The translations under genes and the position numbers were made by a program. From Planctomycetales bacterium (GTDB taxonomy: Bacteria > Omnitrophota > Gorgyraeia > Zapsychrales > Zapsychraceae): DNA of 64,000 nucleotides. Every line of letters begins with the position of its first letter. Position 1 is the stretch's first letter. Of this stretch, positions 8,327-18,893 are shown piece by piece. The stretch covers positions 3,187 through 67,186 of the forward strand of contig SBBO01000041.1 of assembly GCA_005239675.1 (NCBI GenBank). The letters are read 5' to 3'. The notes beneath the pieces were generated by a model. That model ran no database searches. It saw only the letters and a program-made list of their open reading frames with translations, and had not been told where the DNA came from.

Positions 8327-10246
8327 ATGAATAATGAGTCTCCACGCATTCCCGCGCATTTCCATAAAATTCAATTTGTCTTAGCCGGGATAATTTTATT
8401 GTTCGTAACACCGCTTCATGCCAGTGTCAAGTTGAAAGTCTCCGCTTCTAATCCTTCACCGTTCCAGGAGCAGGTTGTCCCCGTTAAGTCTTATCTTCCC
8501 AAAGGTATCGGGCCGCAGGATATCATCAACGCCGGGGGCCTTACGATCGGTTACGACATAAGGAAGGGGCAGTATTATGTGTACAAAGAGGTTGTCTTGG
8601 CGCCTAAGGAAATGGCGGTCTATCAGGTGGAAATTAACGACATCTGGCTTATTAGCGAAGCAGATTTAGAGAAGCAGCGTGCCTATATTAATAAGCTGAC
8701 AGATCGTTTGAAGAATTCACAATACGCTAAAAGCGTCCAGAAGCTCATCGGAGAGATTGATGAGAGCATAACAATCATTATTAACCACCAGAATGAGAAT
8801 CTGATCGAGAAGGTATCTGCTGTTGATCACATCGCTGCCTATGAGTTGAACACGGAAACGCTCAAAAAGATTAAAGAAGACATTGACATCATAGAGAGCA
8901 TGGTTATGACACTTTCGAAGACAGGCGCGGTGGTCGGCGTTTCGCAGGACCAGGCGGCGCAAGCCTGTCTTGCGCAGGAGGCGATGCGATACGCGGACAT
9001 TAAAGGTATCGCGTTAGAGACACCACAGGACGTCAGGTTCACTATCGACGTCCAGAATTCATCGGATGTTGATACTCAGAATGTCCCTCTGCGGTATTAT
9101 CTGGCCCAAGAGGTTGGGGCCAATGATATCCTTGATTCTGCTGGCTTGAACGTAGGGTTTGATTTTGAAAAAGCGGTGCATTATCTTTTTCAAGACAGCA
9201 TCCTCTTGGGACCTGGCGAAAAAAAGATCTTCGATATTACTTTGCGCAACAAATGGGTCATCGATAAACTTTATTTGCTTACGCTTAAAGTAAATAGCGA
9301 TAATGTGGCCCTTGCCTTAGGCAGTCGCGCTGGTTTTGAAAAGTTTCGTCAGAGAAATGATGAAATCCAGTCTCAGCTAGATCAATTGCTGAAGGCAAAG
9401 AGCTTCACTGAACTGACTGAAGAGCATATCCGTACTTTTCGCAATAATCATCAGCAATTGAAAAATATTGAGCAAGAAATTGCTAAATTAGAGAATATGG
9501 TGATCACCTCCAATGGCGCAGGCGTTGTCACGGCCCAAGCGAGAGAGAGGTTGTGTGAAGAAAAGCGGGACCAGAAGATTATCGCGGCCGCAAAGGGTCC
9601 TGAGATCATTAAAGAATTTAAGATGGCCGCTGGAACAATCTTCAAGGGAAAATCCCTTAAGACGACCACCACCTGGGAGCTGATCATCGGTATTATCATT
9701 TTCTTAGGGTTCTTGAGTTCGGCGTTCTATTATATGCAAATCAGAGAACAGAAGGTCGTTATGTTGGATCCTTTGACCGGTGCTTTTTCGAGGGCGTATA
9801 TATTGGAACGATTCCGGGAAGAGCTCAGGATTTCCCAGAATACTGGCACGAAGTGTTCGCTTTTGGTGATGGATATTGATAAGTTCAAGTCTATTAACGA
9901 CACTTATGGGCATGCGGTGGGCGATACAATCCTTAAGGAATTTGTTATCACTATCCGTAAAGGCCTGCGCGCAACTGACCTTGTCGGCAGGTACGGCGGG
10001 GACGAATTTTTAATCATTTTGCCAACCAGCAATAAAGAGCGGGCTCATAAGATCGGTGAAGGTATCGCCAAGATTGTCCAAAAGAGTGTCATCCAAATTG
10101 AGAAACAAACATTTAAGATCACGACCAGTATTGGGACAGCGACCTATCCTGATGACAGCAAGGTCCCCGAGGACGTATTTTTGAAGGCGGATGGCGCCAT
10201 GTACCAGACTAAACGCCGGGGCGGCAATGGAGTGTCAACGGCATAA
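8327..10246 (+). CDS. Membrane diguanylate cyclase: two periplasmic modules, one TM segment, GGDEF domain
   Basis: N-terminal hydrophobic segment, TM WELIIGIIIFLGFLSSAFYYM, and a C-terminal GGDEF domain with an intact GGDEF (GRYGGDEFLIILP). An RxxD I-site (RATD) lies five residues upstream of it. Confidence 0.85.
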   Translation: MNNESPRIPAHFHKIQFVLAGIILLFVTPLHASVKLKVSASNPSPFQEQVVPVKSYLPKGIGPQDIINAGGLTIGYDIRKGQYYVYKEVVLAPKEMAVYQVEINDIWLISEADLEKQRAYINKLTDRLKNSQYAKSVQKLIGEIDESITIIINHQNENLIEKVSAVDHIAAYELNTETLKKIKEDIDIIESMVMTLSKTGAVVGVSQDQAAQACLAQEAMRYADIKGIALETPQDVRFTIDVQNSSDVDTQNVPLRYYLAQEVGANDILDSAGLNVGFDFEKAVHYLFQDSILLGPGEKKIFDITLRNKWVIDKLYLLTLKVNSDNVALALGSRAGFEKFRQRNDEIQSQLDQLLKAKSFTELTEEHIRTFRNNHQQLKNIEQEIAKLENMVITSNGAGVVTAQARERLCEEKRDQKIIAAAKGPEIIKEFKMAAGTIFKGKSLKTTTTWELIIGIIIFLGFLSSAFYYMQIREQKVVMLDPLTGAFSRAYILERFREELRISQNTGTKCSLLVMDIDKFKSINDTYGHAVGDTILKEFVITIRKGLRATDLVGRYGGDEFLIILPTSNKERAHKIGEGIAKIVQKSVIQIEKQTFKITTSIGTATYPDDSKVPEDVFLKADGAMYQTKRRGGNGVSTA

Positions 10247-10280
10247 CTTTGGATAAAGTGACTACCAAGACTTTGGAGAT

Positions 10281-10508
10281 ATGTTCAACGTCATTCTCCT
10301 TGACCAGACACACGTGATTTTCGATGGGATGGCCAAGAGCGTCATCCTGCCGGGTGATGGGGGGGAATTTGAGGTCTTGGATTTTCATAAACCGATTATT
10401 ACTTCTTTGAGACGCGGGGAGATCGTCATCCACGGGATGGGGTTTCCCATATCCCGGGGTATTATGCGTTTTCACAAGGATCAGATGATTGTGTTAGTGG
10501 AATTGTAA
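10281..10508 (+). CDS. atpC: F-type ATPase epsilon-like subunit, beta-sandwich domain only (75 aa)
   Basis: VILLDQTHVIFDGMAKSVILPGDGGEFEVLDFHKPIITSLRRGEIVI matches the epsilon N-terminal pattern (..F.G.v..v.lPg.eGe.g.L..H.P.it.L..G.v.i). The protein ends where the C-terminal helical hairpin would begin. Confidence 0.7.
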   Translation: MFNVILLDQTHVIFDGMAKSVILPGDGGEFEVLDFHKPIITSLRRGEIVIHGMGFPISRGIMRFHKDQMIVLVEL

Positions 10509-10538
10509 GACATAAGAAATGGATTTAAGAGAATTCTA

Positions 10539-10757
10539 ATGGAAAATTTTGTCATCTTATTTATTATATTCTTGGTTGTCATAGGCCCATTGGCCGTCAT
10601 TGCGGTCCTCGGTTTCGCTACGATACGCGCCCTGGGGCGTAATCCTTCGGCCTCTTCTAAGATCTTGCCAACGATGATTATAAATCTTGTCTACACGGCG
10701 GGGGTCGCCATTATTGGGCTTTTGGTATTATTTCACATATTCGGGACGTCTTCATAG
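10539..10757 (+). CDS. F-type ATPase c-subunit-like hairpin protein (72 aa) without an ion-binding carboxylate
   Basis: Two hydrophobic helices are joined by a polar loop, LGRNPSA (compare ARQPE of c subunits). An ungapped alignment to the bacterial c-subunit pattern, written from memory, places Ala where the essential Glu/Asp sits. The only acidic residue in the protein is E2. Confidence 0.6.
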   Translation: MENFVILFIIFLVVIGPLAVIAVLGFATIRALGRNPSASSKILPTMIINLVYTAGVAIIGLLVLFHIFGTSS

Positions 10758-10774
10758 ATGTGAAAGGAAAATCT

Positions 10775-11503
10775 ATGTCTATCATTTTATTGGTCGTTAT
10801 CATCTTGGGAGCTTTTATTGCCTTGGTATTTACTTTTCAACGAGTTATGATCTCTACGGCCTCGCAGGAGACGAAGCGCTTGCAAGACCTTAATCTGGAA
10901 AACACAAAGAAGGCCGTCGCCTTGCAGGAAAAGATTGAGGAGGCCGACAGACAATATAAAGAAAAGCTCGCCCAGGCCCAGGAGGAAATTCGGCAATTAA
11001 AGGAAAAAGCCATTCAGGAGACAGGGGCTGTGCGCGCTGACATGCTGGCCAAGGCCAAGGAAGAACGAGGACACTTGATTGACCAGGCCCTTGACGCCCG
11101 CGAGAAATTACGTGAAGAGATAGAAAGCAGTCTTTTAGAAAAAAGTCTCGAGCTGGCGCGTAGGATCATTGCTGAGATCTTGCATTCCCCGCACCAACGA
11201 TTGGTTTATGACGGCTTAATGGAGGATGTGCTGCAGGAAATGGAGGTGATGGATATTGGGATCTTAAGGGGGAGCGAGGTTCGATCATGTCATGTGCAGA
11301 CTTCTCACCCACTCGATGTCCGCCAGAAGGAACGGTTGACTAAGATTTTGTCAGAGAAGACTGGTCAAAAGATTTTCATTGAAGAGACTATCGATAAAAA
11401 GGTTATCACCGGGATTATTGTCCACATCGGTAGTTTTATGATTGATGGTAGCCTGATGACAAAATTTAAAAAAGCGGGAGAGCGTATTCGGCATGGGGGA
11501 TAA
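10775..11503 (+). CDS. F-type ATPase b-like stalk fused to a delta/OSCP-like C-terminal domain
   Basis: N-terminal TM IILLVVIILGAFIALVF, then ~110 aa of charged coiled coil. The C-terminus ITGIIVHIGSFMIDGSLMTKFKKAGERI resembles the delta C-terminal motif (GG..v..Gd.viDgSv...L..l). AAAGGA lies 6 nt upstream of ATG 10775; a GTG at 10760 is an alternative start. Confidence 0.6.
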   Translation: MSIILLVVIILGAFIALVFTFQRVMISTASQETKRLQDLNLENTKKAVALQEKIEEADRQYKEKLAQAQEEIRQLKEKAIQETGAVRADMLAKAKEERGHLIDQALDAREKLREEIESSLLEKSLELARRIIAEILHSPHQRLVYDGLMEDVLQEMEVMDIGILRGSEVRSCHVQTSHPLDVRQKERLTKILSEKTGQKIFIEETIDKKVITGIIVHIGSFMIDGSLMTKFKKAGERIRHGG

Positions 11504-11539
11504 GATCTGAATTCAACATTGATTTCTTAGATTGAATAT

Positions 11540-13023
11540 ATGCCAACCATCCATATTCAAGAAGTCGGTCGGGTCAAGGAAACTAAAAAAAGCATCGCCA
11601 AGATCACGGGGTTGACCCAATGCATGATCGGTCAGCTCATGCGTTTGAGCGATCATGCCCGAGGAATCGTTGTTGGATTCTCACGGGGTGAGGCGGTGGT
11701 CTTTCTCTTGGGCAGAATTGAAGAAGTGCGCATCGGGGATTTGGCCTATAGCCTTATGGAGCCGTTTACTATTCCGGTGGGGGAAGGGTTTTTGGGCCGG
11801 GTTGTCAATGCCCTGGCCGAGCCGATCGATGGGAAAGGATTCATTGGTGAGGTGGGGCATGGAGAATATCCTGTTTTTCGCAAGGCCCCGGGTGTTCTGC
11901 AGCGCGTTCCGATCACCAGGACCTTTGAAACGGGAGTTTTCATCGTTGATGCCACGATTCCCATCGGGAAGGGGCAGCGGGAACTAATTATTGGCGACCG
12001 GATGACGGGAAAGACCAGCATCTGCATGGATGCCCTGTTGAACCAGAAAGGCAAGGGGGTGGTGTGCATTTACTGCTGTGTGGGACGCACCTATACCTCA
12101 TTATTAAAAGCTATTGAGACCTTTAAAGAGACAGGTGCCTTGGGATATACGATCGTTGTCGCTGCGCATGCAGCTAGTCCCAGCGGTGAGCAATATCTGG
12201 TTCCGTATACCGCCTGCGCCCTGGGGGAATATTTTATGGATCACGGCCGCGACGTTTTTGTCGTATTTGACGATCTGACCAAACATGCCTGGGTCTATCG
12301 ACAGCTGTCCTTGCTATTAGAACGTCCGCCCGGGCGCGACGCGTATCCTGGAGATATTTTCTATCTGCATTCCCAGTTGATGGAGCGCGCCGGACAATAC
12401 AGTCCGGAGTTTGGTGGCGGCTCAATGACTTTCTTTCCCATTGTGGACACATTGCATGGTGACGTGACTGGTTATATCCCCTCCAATCTTATTTCTATGA
12501 CCGATGGGCAGATCTATATGAATACGTCGTTATTTAATAGCGGTTTTAGGCCGGCTATCGACTTGGGGCTTTCAGTATCTAGGATCGGCAATAAGGTCCA
12601 ATCACCGGTGATGCGTGAATTGACCGCCATGCTACGCCTGGAATATATGCGTTATAATGAACTGCTCAAGATCGCCCGGTTTAGAACGAATGTCTCTGGC
12701 CAGACAGATCAACGATTGCGTGAGGGTGAGGTCCTGACACAGTTGTTCCTGCAGATCAATGGCGAGCCGCACCCTGTCGCCAGGCAGATAATTTTTCTTT
12801 ATGCATTACGTCGCAAGATTTTACTCACCATGCCCGCAACCGAGATTGATTATTTCAAAAAGAACATTTATGATTTTGCTCAGAGAAAATATCCTGATGT
12901 GATAGACGAGCTAGTCGGGAAGATGGAATGGACGCCGCAATTGCGTCGTCGACTGGACGAGTGTTTCTTTGAGTTCTTTATGGAAAGAGGAGTGGTCATT
13001 AAAAGCCTGGAGTCGTCGCGTTA

Positions 13024-13024
<1 letters not shown>
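11540..13024 (+). CDS. atpA: F1 ATPase alpha-like subunit
   Basis: GDRMTGKTSI (P-loop), DDLTKHAWVYRQLSLLLERPPGRDAYPGDIFYLHSQLMERAG, GGGSMTFFPIVDT..GDVTGYIPSNLISMTDGQIY and LSVSRIG (Arg finger position). Confidence 0.9.
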
Positions 13025-15320
<2,296 letters not shown>

Positions 15321-15382
15321 ATGATCAAATCTTGATTCTTTAGGATGTCCCAATAAAAAAGCTTGAAAATGGAGTTAAGGGC

Positions 15383-17080
15383 ATGGCGTTACGCATAGGG
15401 GATATTTTGATCGAAAAAGGACTGATCACGCGGGATCAGTTGGAGAGGGCCGTACAGGAACATCAAAAGACCAAAGAGTTCCTTGGTCAGACCTTCATTC
15501 GCATGGGGTTTGTTACTGAAGAAAAACTTCTTAGAGTCCTGGCTGAGCAGCAGGGCATCGCTTTTCTTAGTTTAAGAGATGTCAAGTTTGACGATGCCGT
15601 CATTAAGAAAATACCGGTAAAATTTTCTTGGCATTATAAGATCATGCCGATTCGATGGCATGATAACGTCTTGACCGTTGCGACATCGAATCCTTTCGAC
15701 AAGTGGTTCATCGATGATTTAGAAACAAATTTGGGTTACCGGGTGGAGATGGTATTGGCATTATCTTCGGATATTATGAAGACCATCCAGAAATATTACG
15801 GTGTCGGTGCTGACACCATTGAACGCATTCTCGCCGAAACCCCCCACGAGGAGAAGGCCGCGGAGGTGGGGGTCAAGGAAAAAGTCGAGGATCTGGAAAA
15901 GGTCTCTGATGCCGCCTCGGTCGTTAAATTGGTTAACCAGATCCTTCAGCAGGCCATCCGTGACCGAGCGACCGACATCCACTTCGAGCATTTCCGCGGC
16001 AATCTGGCCCTTCGTTATCGTATTGATGGGATTTTGTATGATGCACAGGTCTCTGAGAATATGCGGTATCTTTATTCGGCCATTATCTCGCGCATTAAGG
16101 TCATGGCGAATATGGATATTGTGGAGCGCCGCGTTCCCCAGGACGGCCGGGCTAAAGTCAAAATAGGCGATAAAGAATATGAACTGCGCGTTTCGATTCT
16201 ACCCACTTTACACGGTGAGAATATCGCCATTCGCATCCTGCCGACCTTGATGCTTTTTAACATGAGTGATCTTGGGATGCACGATAAAGAATTGCAGGTC
16301 CTGCAGCGCGTCCTGCAAAAACCACACGGTATCATATTCGTGACCGGCCCCACCGGCAGCGGCAAGACGACAACCTTGTACACGTGCCTGAGCCAGGTGA
16401 ACACCCGCGAACGCAAAATCATTACAATCGAAGATCCCGTTGAGTATGAATTAAAGGGGGTCTCGCAGATTCAGGTCAATCCCAAAATAAGCCTTACCTT
16501 TGCCAGCGTCTTAAGAAGTATCTTGCGCCATGATCCTGACATCATTATGGTGGGGGAGGTTCGAGATTTTGAGACAGCGAGTATTACTATCCAGACTGCT
16601 CTCACTGGACATCTGGTATTCTCAACGATACACACGAATAACGCCGCCAGCGGGGCAACACGCCTGATCGATATGGGTATTGATCCGTTTCTTATTACCT
16701 CATCTGTGGAGATGTTTATTGCGCAGCGACTGGTGCGTCGGATTTGCCCCGATTGCAAGGAAGAATCCAGAATCGATGGCGACAAAATTGGCCTGAAGGA
16801 TATCCCCCAAGGGATGGATATCACTAGGCCAATCTTTCGCGGCAAGGGTTGCCCTACCTGCAACCATACCGGCTATAAAGGCAGGACCGGCATTTACGAA
16901 CTTTTGGTGATGAACGAAAAAATTCGGGACTTAATTCTTCATAAAGAGTCAGCGGACAAGGTTCAGCTTAAGGCCATTGAGACAGGGATGAATCCTATGG
17001 TGCTCGATGGATGGGAAAAAGTTTTTGCTGGTATGACAACACCTGAAGAGGTGCATAGGGTAACGCAGGTGGAGGAGTAA
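15383..17080 (+). CDS. gspE: GspE/PilB/MshE-family secretion ATPase with N-terminal MshEN-like domain and C-terminal tetracysteine motif
   Basis: GPTGSGKTTT Walker A; Asp and His boxes (ITIEDPVEY, GHLVFSTIHTNNA); CPDC...CPTCNHTGYKGRTGIYE. The N-terminus is RIGDILIEKGLITRDQLERAV / LGQTFIRMGFVTEEKLLRVLAEQ. Confidence 0.9.
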   Translation: MALRIGDILIEKGLITRDQLERAVQEHQKTKEFLGQTFIRMGFVTEEKLLRVLAEQQGIAFLSLRDVKFDDAVIKKIPVKFSWHYKIMPIRWHDNVLTVATSNPFDKWFIDDLETNLGYRVEMVLALSSDIMKTIQKYYGVGADTIERILAETPHEEKAAEVGVKEKVEDLEKVSDAASVVKLVNQILQQAIRDRATDIHFEHFRGNLALRYRIDGILYDAQVSENMRYLYSAIISRIKVMANMDIVERRVPQDGRAKVKIGDKEYELRVSILPTLHGENIAIRILPTLMLFNMSDLGMHDKELQVLQRVLQKPHGIIFVTGPTGSGKTTTLYTCLSQVNTRERKIITIEDPVEYELKGVSQIQVNPKISLTFASVLRSILRHDPDIIMVGEVRDFETASITIQTALTGHLVFSTIHTNNAASGATRLIDMGIDPFLITSSVEMFIAQRLVRRICPDCKEESRIDGDKIGLKDIPQGMDITRPIFRGKGCPTCNHTGYKGRTGIYELLVMNEKIRDLILHKESADKVQLKAIETGMNPMVLDGWEKVFAGMTTPEEVHRVTQVEE

Positions 17081-17092
17081 TTTAAAGTAGAT

Positions 17093-18370
17093 ATGCCCAC
17101 TTTTGTTTATAAGGCCAAGCGTGGTCCAGATCATCAGGAGACTGGGGAAGTCGTTGCCCTCCATCAGGACGATGCGGTCATCAAATTAGAAGCCTTAGGA
17201 TTGAGTCCTGTTAGTATTGTTGAAAAAGAGACCGTCGTTGGTGGATCCAGGACTGTCCAGAAAGTGGCCGGTGCCTCCGTGGGGGGGCTAGATTCGGTCC
17301 CTCCAGGATCTGTGTCTTATAGTGGGCTGATTAAAGTAAGGACACGCGACATTGATAGTTTTACTTGGCAATTGGCGACCCTAGTTAAGGCTAGTGTCCC
17401 CATGCTGCGCTCATTGGCCTTAATCTCCCAGCAAACCGAGAGCAGGGCCCTTAAGACGGTCGTTGATGATCTGCATCATCAGATCAAAAATGGTAAGACG
17501 CTTTCTGATGGGATGCGTCGATACCCCCAGCTATTTAATAATCTCTATTTGAGTATGATCAAATCCGGTGAGCATAGCGGCGCCCTACAGGAGGTCTTGT
17601 ATCGCATCGCCCAGTATCGCGAGAAGGAGCAGGCGGTCCTGCGTAAGATCCAGGCAGCCTTGGCCTATCCGGCCGTGATGATTGTGGTTGGCATCGCGAC
17701 GGTTTTTATTATGTTGACGGTCTTTATGCCCAAGTTTATTGGTATTTTTGCTACGATGAAGAAGGCCCTGCCCGTACCGACCCGTGTCTTGATTGGGATC
17801 AGCAATTTTTTAGTACATCATTGGTTCTGGTTTCTCATGGCCTTTCTCTTTGTCATGATCATTTTTGGTCGGGTCCGATCTTCGAGTCACAAGAAATTTA
17901 TCTTTGATTTGATTAAACTGCATATTCCATTCATCAACACGTTCGTGCGTAATGCCGAGATCGCCAAATTCGCTAGGACTTTAGGGTTGCTGTTGAAAAG
18001 CGGTCTGTCAGTCCACGATAGTCTTTTGTTGGCGACCGACACCCTTGACAACGACGCCCTACGTACTCAGCTAAGAGGCGCTGGTCAGGACATCGTTCAG
18101 CGGGGGGCAACACTCTCTTCAAGTCTTACTAAACTCAAGGCATTCCCTCCTTTTGCCGTCAACATGATTACGATTGGTGAAGAATCTGGAAGGCTCGATG
18201 AGTCGCTAGGCAGTATTGCCGGTGTCTACGAGAGAGAAGTAGAACAAGCGATTGGCGTTTTGACATCATTATTGGAGCCTATGCTTATTCTGGTGATTGG
18301 GGGGGTTATCGGATTTATCGTGTTTGCCTTGCTGTTACCGATATTTGACATAGGGACCATGGCGAGATAA
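17093..18370 (+). CDS. gspF: GspF/PilC-family inner-membrane platform protein
   Basis: Size is 425 aa, with a duplicated T2SSF-type architecture (two cytoplasmic helical domains, each followed by TM segments). It lies immediately after gspE. Confidence 0.85.
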   Translation: MPTFVYKAKRGPDHQETGEVVALHQDDAVIKLEALGLSPVSIVEKETVVGGSRTVQKVAGASVGGLDSVPPGSVSYSGLIKVRTRDIDSFTWQLATLVKASVPMLRSLALISQQTESRALKTVVDDLHHQIKNGKTLSDGMRRYPQLFNNLYLSMIKSGEHSGALQEVLYRIAQYREKEQAVLRKIQAALAYPAVMIVVGIATVFIMLTVFMPKFIGIFATMKKALPVPTRVLIGISNFLVHHWFWFLMAFLFVMIIFGRVRSSSHKKFIFDLIKLHIPFINTFVRNAEIAKFARTLGLLLKSGLSVHDSLLLATDTLDNDALRTQLRGAGQDIVQRGATLSSSLTKLKAFPPFAVNMITIGEESGRLDESLGSIAGVYEREVEQAIGVLTSLLEPMLILVIGGVIGFIVFALLLPIFDIGTMAR

Positions 18371-18408
18371 AAATTGATTATCTAAAAGGGTGATAAAGGA
18401 GATATACC

Positions 18409-18819
18409 ATGAAGAAAGGATTTACGCTCATTGAGCTCATGATCGTTGTTATTATCATTGCTGCGTTAGCGGCGATGGTCGTCCCGCGACTGGGGTCGCG
18501 TTCTGAACAGGCCAAGGTGGCAGTTGCAGAGGCAGACATCAATGCGAACATTAGTCTGGCCCTTAAGCTCTACAAGTTGGATAACGGCCGCTATCCAACG
18601 ACCTCTCAAGGGCTCAAGGCCCTTCTTGAAAGGCCCACCGCGAGCCCAATGCCAACGAACTGGAACGGCCCGTATCTTGAGAAAGAACCCTTGGATCCAT
18701 GGAACAATGCCTATCAATATAAGAACCCAGGCGCCCAGAATAAGGACAATTATGATCTGTATTCGATGGGAACCGATGGCACTGAAGGAACAGAAGATGA
18801 TATTAAGAACTGGCAATAG
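18409..18819 (+). CDS. gspG: Major pseudopilin, GspG type
   Basis: Prepilin signal MKKG|FTLIELMIVV with E+5, and the GspG hallmark DPWNNAYQYKNPG...YDLYSMGTDGTEGTEDDIKNW. AAGGAG lies upstream of the ATG. Confidence 0.9.
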   Translation: MKKGFTLIELMIVVIIIAALAAMVVPRLGSRSEQAKVAVAEADINANISLALKLYKLDNGRYPTTSQGLKALLERPTASPMPTNWNGPYLEKEPLDPWNNAYQYKNPGAQNKDNYDLYSMGTDGTEGTEDDIKNWQ

Positions 18820-18837
18820 CACAAGACATCACAGTAA

Positions 18838-18893
18838 GGTCTTCGGTCTTGGGTCTTGGGTCTACAGTCTAAGATCTTCGGTCTATGGTCTGA
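18838..18893 (+). repeat. Eight tandem heptanucleotide repeats (consensus GGTCTTN)
   Basis: GGTCTTC GGTCTTG GGTCTTG GGTCTAC AGTCTAA GATCTTC GGTCTAT GGTCTGA, with an exact 7-nt period starting at 18838. Confidence 0.9.

Noticed and set aside
15321-15382. Possible terminator between atpD-like and gspE
   Set aside because: Only a 5-bp hairpin (ATCAA atc TTGAT) with no U-tract is present, which is too weak to call. This counts as evidence for read-through rather than termination.
18524-18889. N-terminal ~120 aa of ORF-track entry 18524..19267, overlapping gspG in another frame
   Set aside because: It has no homology-like features and lies entirely inside the well-supported gspG frame. Only the part from about 18890 onward (the prepilin-like motif) looks genuine.
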